Shown in pieces: positions 9,149 to 18,682 of a DNA stretch of 64,000 bases (its first letter is position 1; each line of letters opens with the position of its first letter). Below the pieces are notes generated by a model. That model did not search any database. It saw only the letters and a program-made list of their open reading frames with translations, and was not told where the DNA came from. The stretch is from NCBI GenBank assembly GCA_965216885.1, contig OZ244208.1, positions 730,848-794,847 on the forward strand, in the 5' to 3' direction. The position numbers were made by a program, and so were the translations under genes. The stretch comes from Pirellulaceae bacterium. Its GTDB lineage: Bacteria; Planctomycetota; Planctomycetia; Pirellulales; Pirellulaceae.

Positions 9149-9634
9149 ATGCGGTTTACCCTGATTGACAAGATTACCGACCTACATCCCGGTGAAAGGG
9201 TGTGCGCGGTAAAGGGCCTGTCGATGTCCGAAGAGTATTTGCAGGACCATTTTCCGTTGTTTCCGGTGATGCCGGGCGTGCTGATGCTGGAGGCTTTGTA
9301 TCAATCCAGCTGTTGGTTGGTGCGTGTGACGGATGACTTTTCGTGCAGCATGGTGCAACTTGCAGAAGCGAGAAACGTAACTTACAAGGATTTTGTCCAA
9401 CCCGGGGAATCGCTTTCTATAGAGAGTCGAATCCACAAACGGGTGGACAATCGCGTCACGGTTCAGGCCGAGGGGAAGGTGGACGGTCGATCTGCAGTGA
9501 AGGCTCGGCTGGTTTTGGATTGTTTCAATCTAGCCGATCGTGATCTTGCTAGCAGCTCCATCGATTCGTACATCATTCAGGAACTCAGGCGGGAATACGA
9601 GAACCTGCGTGGCGTCGTCATAGAACAGGGCTGA
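9149..9634 (+). CDS. fabZ: 3-hydroxyacyl-ACP dehydratase (FabZ-type hot-dog fold)
   Basis: Carries the FabZ catalytic signature HFPLFPVMPGVLMLEAL. I chose the Met at 9149 (MRFTLIDKI) rather than the ORF-track start at 9068. Confidence 0.8.
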   Translation: MRFTLIDKITDLHPGERVCAVKGLSMSEEYLQDHFPLFPVMPGVLMLEALYQSSCWLVRVTDDFSCSMVQLAEARNVTYKDFVQPGESLSIESRIHKRVDNRVTVQAEGKVDGRSAVKARLVLDCFNLADRDLASSSIDSYIIQELRREYENLRGVVIEQG

Positions 9635-9731
9635 ATCAGCGTTGTGATCGGCCGATTTACAAGATATGAACGTGCGTGCAAAAAAAGAGTAAAAGCAGGC
9701 ACCGGTAAGAAAAACAGAGGAGTGTATTCAG

Positions 9732-10118
9732 ATGGCACCATCTAATGACGAAGTGTTTCAGAAAGTTCAGGAGGCACTCGTTGAGGCGCTAGGCGTTGAT
9801 GACGACGAGGTAACTCCGGAATCCACGCTGGTGGGTGACCTCGGCGCGGAGTCAATCGACTTTCTGGATATCGTGTTTCGCCTGGAAAAGGCCTTTGGCA
9901 TTGAGATTCCGCGAGCAGAGTTGTTCCCAGAGGACATTCTGACCAACGCTGAATATGTCGAAGGTGGTCGCGTGACGTCGACGGGTGTCGCGGAACTCAA
10001 GAAACGTATGCACTTCGCTGATCTTTCCAAGTTCGAAGCGAATCCGCTGATCTCCGAATTCCCGAATCTGCTGACCGTCAATGACATGTGTCGGTACGTT
10101 GCAAGCAAGTTGGCCTGA
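9732..10118 (+). CDS. Acyl carrier protein, unusually long (128 aa) with a C-terminal extension of about 45 aa
   Basis: DLGAESIDFLDIVFRLEKAFGIEIP is the phosphopantetheine Ser motif (DSL-like). The RBS GAGGAG lies upstream. Confidence 0.75.
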   Translation: MAPSNDEVFQKVQEALVEALGVDDDEVTPESTLVGDLGAESIDFLDIVFRLEKAFGIEIPRAELFPEDILTNAEYVEGGRVTSTGVAELKKRMHFADLSKFEANPLISEFPNLLTVNDMCRYVASKLA

Positions 10119-10122
10119 CGAC

Positions 10123-10668
10123 ATGCGATGGTGGTGGATAGACCGGTTCGTTGAATTCCAGAGCGGCAAGTACGCCAAGACGGTGAAGAACGTCTCGCTC
10201 GCCGAGGAACAACTCGACGACTACATGCCTGCCCATCCGGTCATGCCGCACTCGCTCATCATTGAGGGACTGGCGCAGACCGGTGGGTTGCTGGTTGGCC
10301 AACTGAGCGATTTCGAACGCAGCGTCGTGCTGGCGAAGGTATCCAGCGCGAAGTTCTATTTCGCGCCGACGCCCGGAGACCAATTGTCGTATCACGCGGT
10401 TCTGGAAAGAATCGAAACCGACGGAGCGCTCGTCTGCTGTACCGTGCATGTTGGTGAGCGACTACAGGCGAACATTGATTTGTACTTTGCCTACTTCGAC
10501 AACCGTGGCATTCAGCGGGGCCAGTTTATTCCCGCCGACTTTTTGCGCATGATGCGCGTGTTCCGGCTTTTTGATGTAGGCGTGGATGCCGATGGCAATC
10601 CGCTGAAAGTACCCGAGAGACTGCTCGAAGCCGAAAAACAGAACCTCACGGGTTCGGTGACCTCGTAA
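10123..10668 (+). CDS. FabA/FabZ-like hot-dog dehydratase, second paralog
   Basis: YMPAHPVMPHSLIIEGLAQTGG matches the hot-dog dehydratase His motif. The start sits 4 nt after the ACP stop. The ORF-track start at 10081 would overlap the ACP gene. Confidence 0.7.
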   Translation: MRWWWIDRFVEFQSGKYAKTVKNVSLAEEQLDDYMPAHPVMPHSLIIEGLAQTGGLLVGQLSDFERSVVLAKVSSAKFYFAPTPGDQLSYHAVLERIETDGALVCCTVHVGERLQANIDLYFAYFDNRGIQRGQFIPADFLRMMRVFRLFDVGVDADGNPLKVPERLLEAEKQNLTGSVTS

Positions 10669-10736
10669 GGTTTTGTGCTTTCCGGCGAGCCGGATCGAAA
10701 GGCTCCGTATAAGAACGTCTGTTCACGGTGGCCATG

Positions 10737-10901
10737 TTATTTTTGGTCCGTCAAAACCAGCCACAAAGCGTGAACCATGCCGGGGATGCCGCCCAGCAGA
10801 GTCAGAATGATGTTAACCCAGAAGTGCATCCCTGTATTCACTTGCAAGAACGCGGCAATCGGTGGAAACACAATCGACAACACGATTTTGACAATCTGCA
10901 T
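10737..10901 (-). CDS. Pmp3/YqaE (UPF0057) family small proteolipid, 54 aa
   Basis: Not in the ORF track because it is under 60 aa. Manual translation gives MQIVKIVLSIVFPPIAAFLQVNTGMHFWVNIILTLLGGIPGMVHALWLVLTDQK. This matches the Pmp3/YqaE consensus (ILPPLGV...FWINILLT.LGYIPG.IHALY). Confidence 0.75.
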   Translation of the reverse strand: MQIVKIVLSIVFPPIAAFLQVNTGMHFWVNIILTLLGGIPGMVHALWLVLTDQK

Positions 10902-11077
10902 ACTTTCATTTCCTTGGGGTTAGTGAATTGTCCAACAGTAATTCGTCGACGGAGAGCCATTCTTGGCAAAATCCGCGTCGCGGCGAATGTCGGCGGTCCG
11001 AAAGACACGCCGGCTAAAAACGGCCGTCGTGATATGCTTATCAATCTGCAACTCAACTGTACGTTCGAGGCCCAGCC

Positions 11078-12358
11078 ATGCGAAGGCGAGTAGTCATTAC
11101 TGGAGTCGGTTCTATCAACCCGATGGGACACGATGTGGAAACCGTTTGGTCAGGCCTGAAAGAAGGCAAATCGGGCGTCGGTTTCACGTCGATTTTTGAC
11201 GCCAGTCGGTTCCCGACCAAGATCTCCGCGGAGGTCAAAAACTGGAGTGTTGCGGACGCCGGAATCGATGCGGAGGAGTGGAAGTTTCGCGGACGGCATA
11301 CTTGCTTTGCGGCCGGTGCGGCCACGCAGGCGGTCGAGGGTTCTGGTGTACTCGAAGCAGGCCTGGACCCGGTTCGCTTTGGTGTCTATCTGGGTTGCGG
11401 CGAGGGTAATCAGGATTTTGGCTCCTTCACCGAAATGATGACCGCCGCGCTGACGGATGACGGTTTGGACATCGCCGAATTTACGCGTAAGGGCCTCGAG
11501 ATTCTGAATCCGATGCTCGAGCTTGAGCAGGAACCCAACATGCCGTGCGGTCATCTCGCCAGCATGTTTAACGCCCAAGGCCCAAACCTGAATTGTCTGA
11601 CCGCGTGCGCGGCCAGTAGCCAGGCGATCGGTGAAGCCAGCGAGATCATCCGCCGCGGGGACGCGGACGTCATGCTATCCGGTGGCACGCACAGCATGAT
11701 TCATCCGTTCGGTGTCACAGGTTTCAACCTGTTGACGGCGCTCTCAGAGAACAATGAAGTGCCCGAGAAAGCCTCGCGACCCTTCGATCGACTTCGTGAC
11801 GGCTTTGTGCTTGGCGAGGGCTCCGCGATGGTTGTGCTGGAAGAGTACGAAATGGCGAAGAAACGCGGTGCTCATATTTTCGGCGAAATCCTCGGCTACG
11901 GAACGACCGCCGACGCCTACCGCATCACCGACATTCACCCGGAAGGTCGCGGTGCAATTGCCTGTATGAAGATGGCGATGGAGGACGCGAACGTTACTCC
12001 CGCAGACATTGACTACGTGAATGCTCACGGCACCAGCACCACCGTGAATGACAAGATCGAAACACTCAGCTGTCGTGCTGCTTTTGGCGACCATGCGGAG
12101 AAGATTCCCGTTTCCAGCACGAAGAGCATGATGGGACATCTGATCGCGGCAGCGGGCGTGACCGAACTGATCGTTTGCCTGATGGCAATGCGGGACAATG
12201 TGTTACCGCCGACGATCAACTACGAAAATCCGGATCCCCTGTGCGACCTGGATTACATTCCCAATGAAGCTCGTGAGGCGGAATGCAACATCGCCCTGAA
12301 TAACAGCTTTGGGTTCGGCGGACAGAATATCACGCTGATTGTCGGCAAGCCTTCCTGA
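11078..12358 (+). CDS. fabF: Beta-ketoacyl-ACP synthase (KAS I/II, FabF/FabB-like)
   Basis: Begins MRRRVVITGVGSINPMG, has the active-site Cys in the NCLTACAAS context, two His motifs (HGTSTTVND, GHLIAAAGV) and NSFGFGG at the C-terminus. Confidence 0.85.
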   Translation: MRRRVVITGVGSINPMGHDVETVWSGLKEGKSGVGFTSIFDASRFPTKISAEVKNWSVADAGIDAEEWKFRGRHTCFAAGAATQAVEGSGVLEAGLDPVRFGVYLGCGEGNQDFGSFTEMMTAALTDDGLDIAEFTRKGLEILNPMLELEQEPNMPCGHLASMFNAQGPNLNCLTACAASSQAIGEASEIIRRGDADVMLSGGTHSMIHPFGVTGFNLLTALSENNEVPEKASRPFDRLRDGFVLGEGSAMVVLEEYEMAKKRGAHIFGEILGYGTTADAYRITDIHPEGRGAIACMKMAMEDANVTPADIDYVNAHGTSTTVNDKIETLSCRAAFGDHAEKIPVSSTKSMMGHLIAAAGVTELIVCLMAMRDNVLPPTINYENPDPLCDLDYIPNEAREAECNIALNNSFGFGGQNITLIVGKPS

Positions 12359-12446
12359 TCCCAGGTCCAGCCAACATCGCCAGCTCGAACGAGAAGCTGG
12401 TTTTGAAACCTGGAGTCCAGTAGCAATTGCCCAGTAACAAAGACAA

Positions 12447-12481
12447 AGCCCCGCGCGAATCCGCGCGGGGCTTTGTGCTTT
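12447..12481. terminator. Bidirectional intrinsic terminator between the convergent fabF and the Cys-rich lipoprotein gene
   Basis: GC hairpin GCCCCGCGCG-AATC-CGCGCGGGGC flanked by T-runs on both strands. Confidence 0.65.
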
Positions 12482-12592
12482 GGTGAACTCACTGAACGAA
12501 GAACGCATCCTTTTGTGGGACGACGATCTGAGGAATCAAAATCCGGTGATCATGATCTGGGAATCACAATCCTGAATTCGAAGACCTGTAGA

Positions 12593-13024
12593 TCACGGTC
12601 CGATCGAAGGTGGATTCGAGACGAAGAAGTCGCGAGGTCCACGCGTCGTGTAGTACGGATACGTTACCTGAGGACTTGGTGGGCCGTTAGCAGGACCGGG
12701 CATTCCGCCCATGTGCGACTGCGGTCCACGATGGTGTTGGCCAATGAACGAAGCCAGAGGTCCGGTGTGCCCACCGCGAACGCCATAGCCATCGCCGTTC
12801 AACGTTTCCGGTGTTGCGCAGTTGCCGCTATTGCAGCCGCCACCCAAGCTTCCCAGTAGTCCGGATAGACCACATGCGCCCGAGGCGCAACCACTGCTGC
12901 ACGAGTCGCAACCGACCGGGCCAGCGTCACAACCGCCGGCTCCGCAGCCACCCGTGGATTGACATCCTGTGGTGGCGACGCATAGCAGAAACGCAGCCAC
13001 AAGGGCTGTCATACTCTTTATCAT
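12593..13024 (-). CDS. Cys/Gly-rich lipoprotein, paralog of 1997-3016
   Basis: The lipobox is ATTGC, followed by GGCGAGGCDAGPVGCDSCSSGCASGACG in a Gly/Pro-rich tail. I chose the internal Met at 13024 (MIKSMTAL). Confidence 0.6.
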   Translation of the reverse strand: MIKSMTALVAAFLLCVATTGCQSTGGCGAGGCDAGPVGCDSCSSGCASGACGLSGLLGSLGGGCNSGNCATPETLNGDGYGVRGGHTGPLASFIGQHHRGPQSHMGGMPGPANGPPSPQVTYPYYTTRGPRDFFVSNPPSIGP

Positions 13025-13195
13025 CTGATTTCCCCCCAAAAACGGCTCACCAGAAACGGCGCACGCCGTCTGGGTTGCCAGCAAAATGCTTGAAGCGGAC
13101 TCGTTTTCCAATGCGGGCGAAAACGAACCTGTTTAGATGATCGACCTGAGTTTCGGTAGAATTGAGAAAATCGGGAAATTCGATATGACCGAGTA

Positions 13196-13510
13196 ATGAG
13201 GCAATTCACGGTCTGGTGTCATTGCTATGATGGCAGCAAGGAACAACGGGAATTCGAGATGAACCAACCTGACAAAATCAACCGTTCGGCGCAGGCGACG
13301 CCGTGGCTACCGCGATTCGGTATCGCTGAAATGATGTTGGCCATGATGATCCTCTGCGTCATGGCCGCGGCGGGCAGTTACATGTCGACGGCGATTCGCG
13401 ACGGTCGTGGCCGAGCGATCTTTGTCATCTTTACACTGGCTTCGCCGATTGCACTCGTGCTGGTGCTGAGCGCCTATCTGGGACTGAAGCGCTGGTTGAA
13501 AAGCCGCTGA
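13196..13510 (+). CDS. Small membrane protein (2 TM), hypothetical
   Basis: Hydrophobic helices; the start could instead be at 13259. Confidence 0.35.
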   Translation: MRQFTVWCHCYDGSKEQREFEMNQPDKINRSAQATPWLPRFGIAEMMLAMMILCVMAAAGSYMSTAIRDGRGRAIFVIFTLASPIALVLVLSAYLGLKRWLKSR

Positions 13511-13623
13511 TCCAGGCGGGGCTTGGCGACGAAACGTTTGACCCGCGGGCGAACGCGTTTTGCCATCGCTGCACGTCCCCGGGAAATGGATAGTGTGAGT
13601 GACTACCGCTTTCGCCGCACCCG

Positions 13624-14297
13624 TTATTCGGAATCCGGTTCACCAATGCCGCGCAGGTAGGACGAAAGTCTGGATTGCAGATCCAGCAACTGCTGCCACC
13701 GTTCCTGTTCCAGCGTCACGCGGCTTTCGTCTTCTTCCGTCTTGACGGAAAGTAACAGGTGCCGGATTCGCACATGCAGGTACTCGATCAGCTCCGATAG
13801 CTGCGCCGCCTGAGCGGGACTGAGCCCGGTTGGCAACTCGGGAGGTTCGGCAACGTGCACGGTTGCCTGAAGGTCTTCTTCGTCCTGCCAGTTCAGATCA
13901 AAGCTGACGCTATCGGAAGACGCGTCTGGCTTCATTTCGCGACTTTCGGTCTCCGCCAATTCGTAGGCGTCACCCTTGAGCGTCGCCATACGACCTTCGA
14001 TCTCCGACGGAGAACCGAACAGCAGGATTGACCGGCCCACGCAAATCATGTCACCGTGGCGGAGGATGCGCAACTGGATGTCCTCACCATTTACCTTCGT
14101 GCCGTTGGTGCTCTCCAGATCCGTGAGGACCAGTCGATTTTGATCTTCCTGAATTTTCAAATGAAATCGACTAACACGGTCGTCGTTCAGTTGAATGACG
14201 TTGCCTTCTTCCCGGCCGATCGTCACTGGTGTGCCTAAACTCGTGAAGATACGTCCACGATCGGCACCGTCGATTACACGTAGATTGACTTCAGCCA
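13624..14297 (-). CDS. FHA-domain protein
   Basis: The N-terminal FHA signature reads G...V.IGR......V.L.D..VSR.H..I......L.DL.STNGT.VNG. I chose the start at MAEVNLRV (14297). Confidence 0.7.
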
Positions 14298-14574
14298 TCA
14301 CCGGTCTTGCAGATCGTGGGAATTTGCGAGGGAACGTTACCTTTACAATATAGCGTTCCGGGCCGATGGGGCGTACTCGAATCGTCCCCCTGCAGGATGG
14401 GTGCGATTCGGACCATCTTTTGCCGGAAAAACATTGCGCCGAGTTGCTTGACACAAGATGCGGGAGTGAGACACTACGGGTAGTTAGGTTGTTTCAAGTG
14501 ATGAGCATTCGTTTGAAACAGGCACCTATGTGCTCGCGTTCAGGAAGACTTGCGCCGCTGACATGGAGGGGATT

Positions 14575-15258
14575 ATGCAAATACGTGCACTCAATTCGGG
14601 ACTTGTCCTGCTAATTCTGATGAGTGGGACGCTCTTCGGATCACCCATTGGCGGTGCGTGGACTTCGGTAGAGTCTTCGACTCTTGCGTTTGGGGAGGTC
14701 GACGGGATTCGCATTGTCGCGACCACCAACGAAGACGCTCCGTTCACCGAGATTGCCACTCACAGTTTCACGGACGACAGTATTATCTGTGGAGCCTGGC
14801 AGGCGGATGAACTGGCACTGGACCCGTCTGTCACTTCGCTCACAACGACGTACGTCAATGCTGGCGACTACCAGCAGTTTGATTTCGATGTGCCTTGGTA
14901 CAACGGCTATTTCTACATCGAAAACTTCGATGCCAGTTCACTTGCGAAGATCACCGTACTCGGTGGCGCGACGGCATCCCTGGCAACGGCCAGTACCAGT
15001 ATCTCCTACGACGCGGCTGGATCGATGGGCGTATTGAGATCATCGAACACCAGTTTTGACGGTGAGGGCGACGCGGTGCTACTGTTCGACGGTCCGGTTA
15101 CTTCCATTCGTGTCGATTACGAAGACGGAGTGCAGGCCAACGGCGTCTTTTACGGATTTGCCTCCATGAACGCGGCAATTCCAGAACCCGTTTCTCTCGT
15201 TGTATGGGCGCTTCTGATCGGTTTGGTCGTGGTCGGTCGTCGACAATTCGCCGGTTGA
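14575..15258 (+). CDS. Secreted PEP-CTERM sorting-domain protein
   Basis: GGAGG RBS, a signal peptide, and a C-terminal IPEPVSLVVWALLIGLVVVGRRQ that matches PEP plus TM plus basic tail (an exosortase target). Confidence 0.65.
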   Translation: MQIRALNSGLVLLILMSGTLFGSPIGGAWTSVESSTLAFGEVDGIRIVATTNEDAPFTEIATHSFTDDSIICGAWQADELALDPSVTSLTTTYVNAGDYQQFDFDVPWYNGYFYIENFDASSLAKITVLGGATASLATASTSISYDAAGSMGVLRSSNTSFDGEGDAVLLFDGPVTSIRVDYEDGVQANGVFYGFASMNAAIPEPVSLVVWALLIGLVVVGRRQFAG

Positions 15259-15359
15259 GCCTACCGGTGGTTGTCAGCCAGTGGGGAAAGCGTGTAGATT
15301 CTGTCTTCACACGACCGCTGACTTCAAACTCGGCAATCGTCAGGCTTCACGGCCACCAC

Positions 15360-15431
15360 GCACCCGTAGTGTAATGGATAGCACTTTGGTCTTCGGAACC
15401 AACAGTCGGGGTTCGAATCCCTGCGGGTGTA
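15360..15431 (+). tRNA. tRNA-Arg(TCG)
   Basis: Hand-folded cloverleaf: acceptor GCACCCG/CGGGTGT, D-loop AATGGATA, anticodon loop CTTCGGA, T-loop TTCGAAT. Confidence 0.75.
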
Positions 15432-15776
15432 CTTCTTAACTCTTCGTTTCTCGAAGAATGCCGACTTCCCGCGAGAATGTCGTTTGCGTGGGGGGCCTCT
15501 TGCGACTGCTTTTCCCGTTTGCGGCGCGTTGCTGCCCCACCTGTTGCCCCATGGCAACGTCCTCTGGAATCCTCATGTCAAATTGCTGAGCCAGGCCGTG
15601 GGCACACGGATTAGGAATCAGTCGGGCCGGTGTCGGCGGGCTTCGCTGTCGAGGAGTGTTGCCGGTTCCTGTCGCGAGTACGAGTAAGATACTCAGCAGA
15701 TGACGCAGCGAATTCAGAGCAGTCGTCATCGGGTTCGCCCGGGGGGCCGCACGATTCAGACGAATTTGAGACACGC

Positions 15777-18053
15777 ATGAATGATGAACAGCTCTCGCAA
15801 CTGCGTGATCGACTAGGCAATGCGAGCAAACAGGAACTTGCCAGTTACTGCGGCGAATTGATTGCCGCGGGCGTTGAGCACAAAGATATTGTTCGAGCCG
15901 TATTGGGGAGTGTTTCGGGACATGCGGTGGCAGATGAATCCTGGCTGCCAACGGCCAGCGTCATCAATGTGTCGGACAGTCTGGTGCACGTTCCGTTGCA
16001 GCTGGACGAAAACAAACATCACATGCTGGTGTTTGGCGAACGGCGTCCGCCTTTCAAACGCATCGAAGCTCCACCTCGAGTAGCTGGTTCCGTCGAAGCG
16101 TTGCGTCAGCGATTTGCCGCGGCGATGCCGGGCAATGACTGGCAACTCGGCGAACGATGTTTGTTGGGAATCAAGGAAGAAGCAGACCTCACCGCGGTAC
16201 TCACCACGCTGTTGACGACGCTGCTCGAGCCGCGATATCTCGGCACGACCGCCGGTCCGTGGTGGGCAGGAGTTCGGCATTTGTTGATTGGCGGCATGAT
16301 CGATCTTTGGCAGGAGTTTGGCGATGACGCGATGCTCTACGTCATTTGCAACAAGGGAGCGCAGCAATGTGCCAGGGCGATCGAGGGGCACTCCGAGCCC
16401 AAGCGTACGCAATTGGCGATGCAGGAACTGGAAACGGCGTACTCAGAACTGAACGGGAATTTTGGTCACGACGGCGTGTTCGATGAGCGGGCGTTTCGGA
16501 CGGATGTCACGTCGGGCGATGTAGCAAACGCATTCCGAGCCGTCACGTCTGCGTGGCATACTGGCGTGCCGATCCACCAGATTGACCTGGCACTGACGAT
16601 GTTGTGTGTGGAACGGATTCTTCGCGGCGCGTACGGAAGTGGTGCGAACTGGGACAACCTCAAACGAGAACTCCAGGCGACCGGAGTGATCCGTCGTGCT
16701 GCATTGTTGGATGATCAACTAGCGTACAAGGCGGCGTTGCACGCGGTGTGGCAAATCGTTCGCCATGGTGATGACGGGCTCTGTGACGTCGATGCGTTCC
16801 CGCAACTACATGAATTTCAGAGTGATGACGAAGACGAGCACCTACTGTATGTTCGCAATGGGATCGGCGCTGCGAGTTCTCGTGAGGCTATCAATGCAGC
16901 GCACAACTTTCTCATAAGTGGTCACCCGCCGACGCATCTGATGCGAGACATGATTCTGTGGGTGAAACTGCATTGCAACGGCAACGGTTACTACGCTGGT
17001 CAACGTGGGATGCTGGATGCGTGGGAGCTGGCGAAGGATCACCCGGAAAGAAACCGTATCCCGTTGGCGCTGGTAGGGTGGATGGCCGACTATCGAAATC
17101 AGCATTTCAATTTCAGGAAGTGCTATGGCCCAATCTGGGGCGCCAACCTGTCCGACGACGGTGGTTTGCTGGCCATACGATCCGGCGGGACCCGCGTGTT
17201 CGATGCAAAGACCGGCGACGAGTTGATGTTCTTTCGTGGCGAGCCATGGCGATTCGCGTTTCACCCGGCGGGCCGATTACTCGCTGCCGGATGGGATGGT
17301 GGCGACCTTCAGATCATCGATTTGGTCGCTCGCAAAGTTGTAAGGCACTGGCCGGCATTCCCTGGTGACGTGAGTGGCCAGTTCGGCGACGGCAAATTCT
17401 GGGGCCTGGCGTTCAGTCCCGATGGACGATTGCTGGCGGGTTGCTCGCGTGGTTGTAACGAAGTACACGTCTGGGATACGGCGACCTGGGAGTTGAAGCA
17501 CGAGCTATTCGGGCATTCGAATCATCGCATCGAATCGGTCACCTTCAGCGCGGACAGTCAGCGGCTGGCCTCGGGTGGCTGTGACGGCACCGTCCGCCTG
17601 TGGAACATGGACACCGGCGAACAGGAGCTTGTTTTTGACAAACACGAAGATGAAACAGGACGCATCGAGAGCCTGCAGTTTCATCCCGACGGTTGCCGCC
17701 TGATTAGTGCTCAATGCAACGGCGAGGTCAAAGTCTGGGACAGCCTCACCGGCGAGGAGTACTTTACGGTTTGGCCCGTGCGCGATCTGAACTTCGTTGG
17801 CTTCACGCCAGACGGGAAATTCGCGATCAGCGAACACACCGGGACGCTTCACTATCACGACTGTGATACCGGCAAACTCGTCACCACGTTGGAAGCGATT
17901 CCGAAGAAGCAAGGCGATCACACGATCTTTGGTGGAGCCAACCAGTCACGCGACCGCTCGACGATTGTCACTGCCGGTTGGCACGGACAAGTGCGTCTTT
18001 GGAATGCCGCGAATCGGGAACTGACCTGTTCGTTCGATCTCGATGTGAGTTGA
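15777..18053 (+). CDS. Large WD40 beta-propeller protein: about 430-aa uncharacterised N-terminal domain plus C-terminal WD40 repeats
   Basis: Repeats such as GHSNHRIESVTFSADSQRLASGGCDGTVRLWN and GEVKVWD. The alternative upstream start at 15630 is possible. Confidence 0.7.
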   Translation: MNDEQLSQLRDRLGNASKQELASYCGELIAAGVEHKDIVRAVLGSVSGHAVADESWLPTASVINVSDSLVHVPLQLDENKHHMLVFGERRPPFKRIEAPPRVAGSVEALRQRFAAAMPGNDWQLGERCLLGIKEEADLTAVLTTLLTTLLEPRYLGTTAGPWWAGVRHLLIGGMIDLWQEFGDDAMLYVICNKGAQQCARAIEGHSEPKRTQLAMQELETAYSELNGNFGHDGVFDERAFRTDVTSGDVANAFRAVTSAWHTGVPIHQIDLALTMLCVERILRGAYGSGANWDNLKRELQATGVIRRAALLDDQLAYKAALHAVWQIVRHGDDGLCDVDAFPQLHEFQSDDEDEHLLYVRNGIGAASSREAINAAHNFLISGHPPTHLMRDMILWVKLHCNGNGYYAGQRGMLDAWELAKDHPERNRIPLALVGWMADYRNQHFNFRKCYGPIWGANLSDDGGLLAIRSGGTRVFDAKTGDELMFFRGEPWRFAFHPAGRLLAAGWDGGDLQIIDLVARKVVRHWPAFPGDVSGQFGDGKFWGLAFSPDGRLLAGCSRGCNEVHVWDTATWELKHELFGHSNHRIESVTFSADSQRLASGGCDGTVRLWNMDTGEQELVFDKHEDETGRIESLQFHPDGCRLISAQCNGEVKVWDSLTGEEYFTVWPVRDLNFVGFTPDGKFAISEHTGTLHYHDCDTGKLVTTLEAIPKKQGDHTIFGGANQSRDRSTIVTAGWHGQVRLWNAANRELTCSFDLDVS

Positions 18054-18682
18054 GGTCTGAAGTCCGGCTGCGATTGCTGAATTTGCCGGACCGAGGGCAA
18101 TCACATGGAACACGGCGATACGCGGAACCCGCATACGTTGCTGCTCTGTGTGTCTCGGCTCTCCCCACGGTTTCGCTGATTGTCTTTCGAATGCAAAGGA
18201 CTTCCGTAGTGACGTTCGCGTCTCTTTTTCCCAGAACTCCGGCCACACTGGCCTGGCCCCAAAAGTGGCTGCGGGGGTTCTCATCCAGCGGTTAAACCCG
18301 CCCCGCCAGCGTGCGGATTCCCGCGGAATCTTTTTGCGTACCCCTCTTTCGTGACATAGAGTTGATATGCAAGGGTGGGTGCTACGAAGAAGCGTCGTCG
18401 GCGCCCGCACTTTTCTCCTTTCATTCACATTCGTGCGAAAGACAACGGCAAACCGGTCGTGAGGCCGGGACGCAAAGCCATGGGTCTCCTGTTGGAGATT
18501 GCCAGGCCGCCTAGCGACAAACCGCGAGGCTTCCAGTTTGAGTAAGTCAGATCATTCTCGCTGCGATCTCCCTTCATTTCTTCCACCGTTGATTCAACGG
18601 TTGCATCCTCTTCCATGGCCAGTCAATGCGTCGGTCTGAATCGTCAGGTCGGTCCTAGCATTGGTTCTGGAAGAGGGCGTGC

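Noticed and set aside
10728-11093. Plus-strand ORF (121 aa) in the fabA-like to fabF gap
   Set aside because: Its translation is nondescript. The opposite strand encodes a clean Pmp3/YqaE proteolipid with a consensus match, which better explains the conserved sequence here.
15436-15951. Minus-strand ORF (171 aa) overlapping the start of the WD40 gene
   Set aside because: Pro/Arg-rich low-complexity translation; it overlaps the tRNA-Arg terminator region and the WD40 coding sequence.
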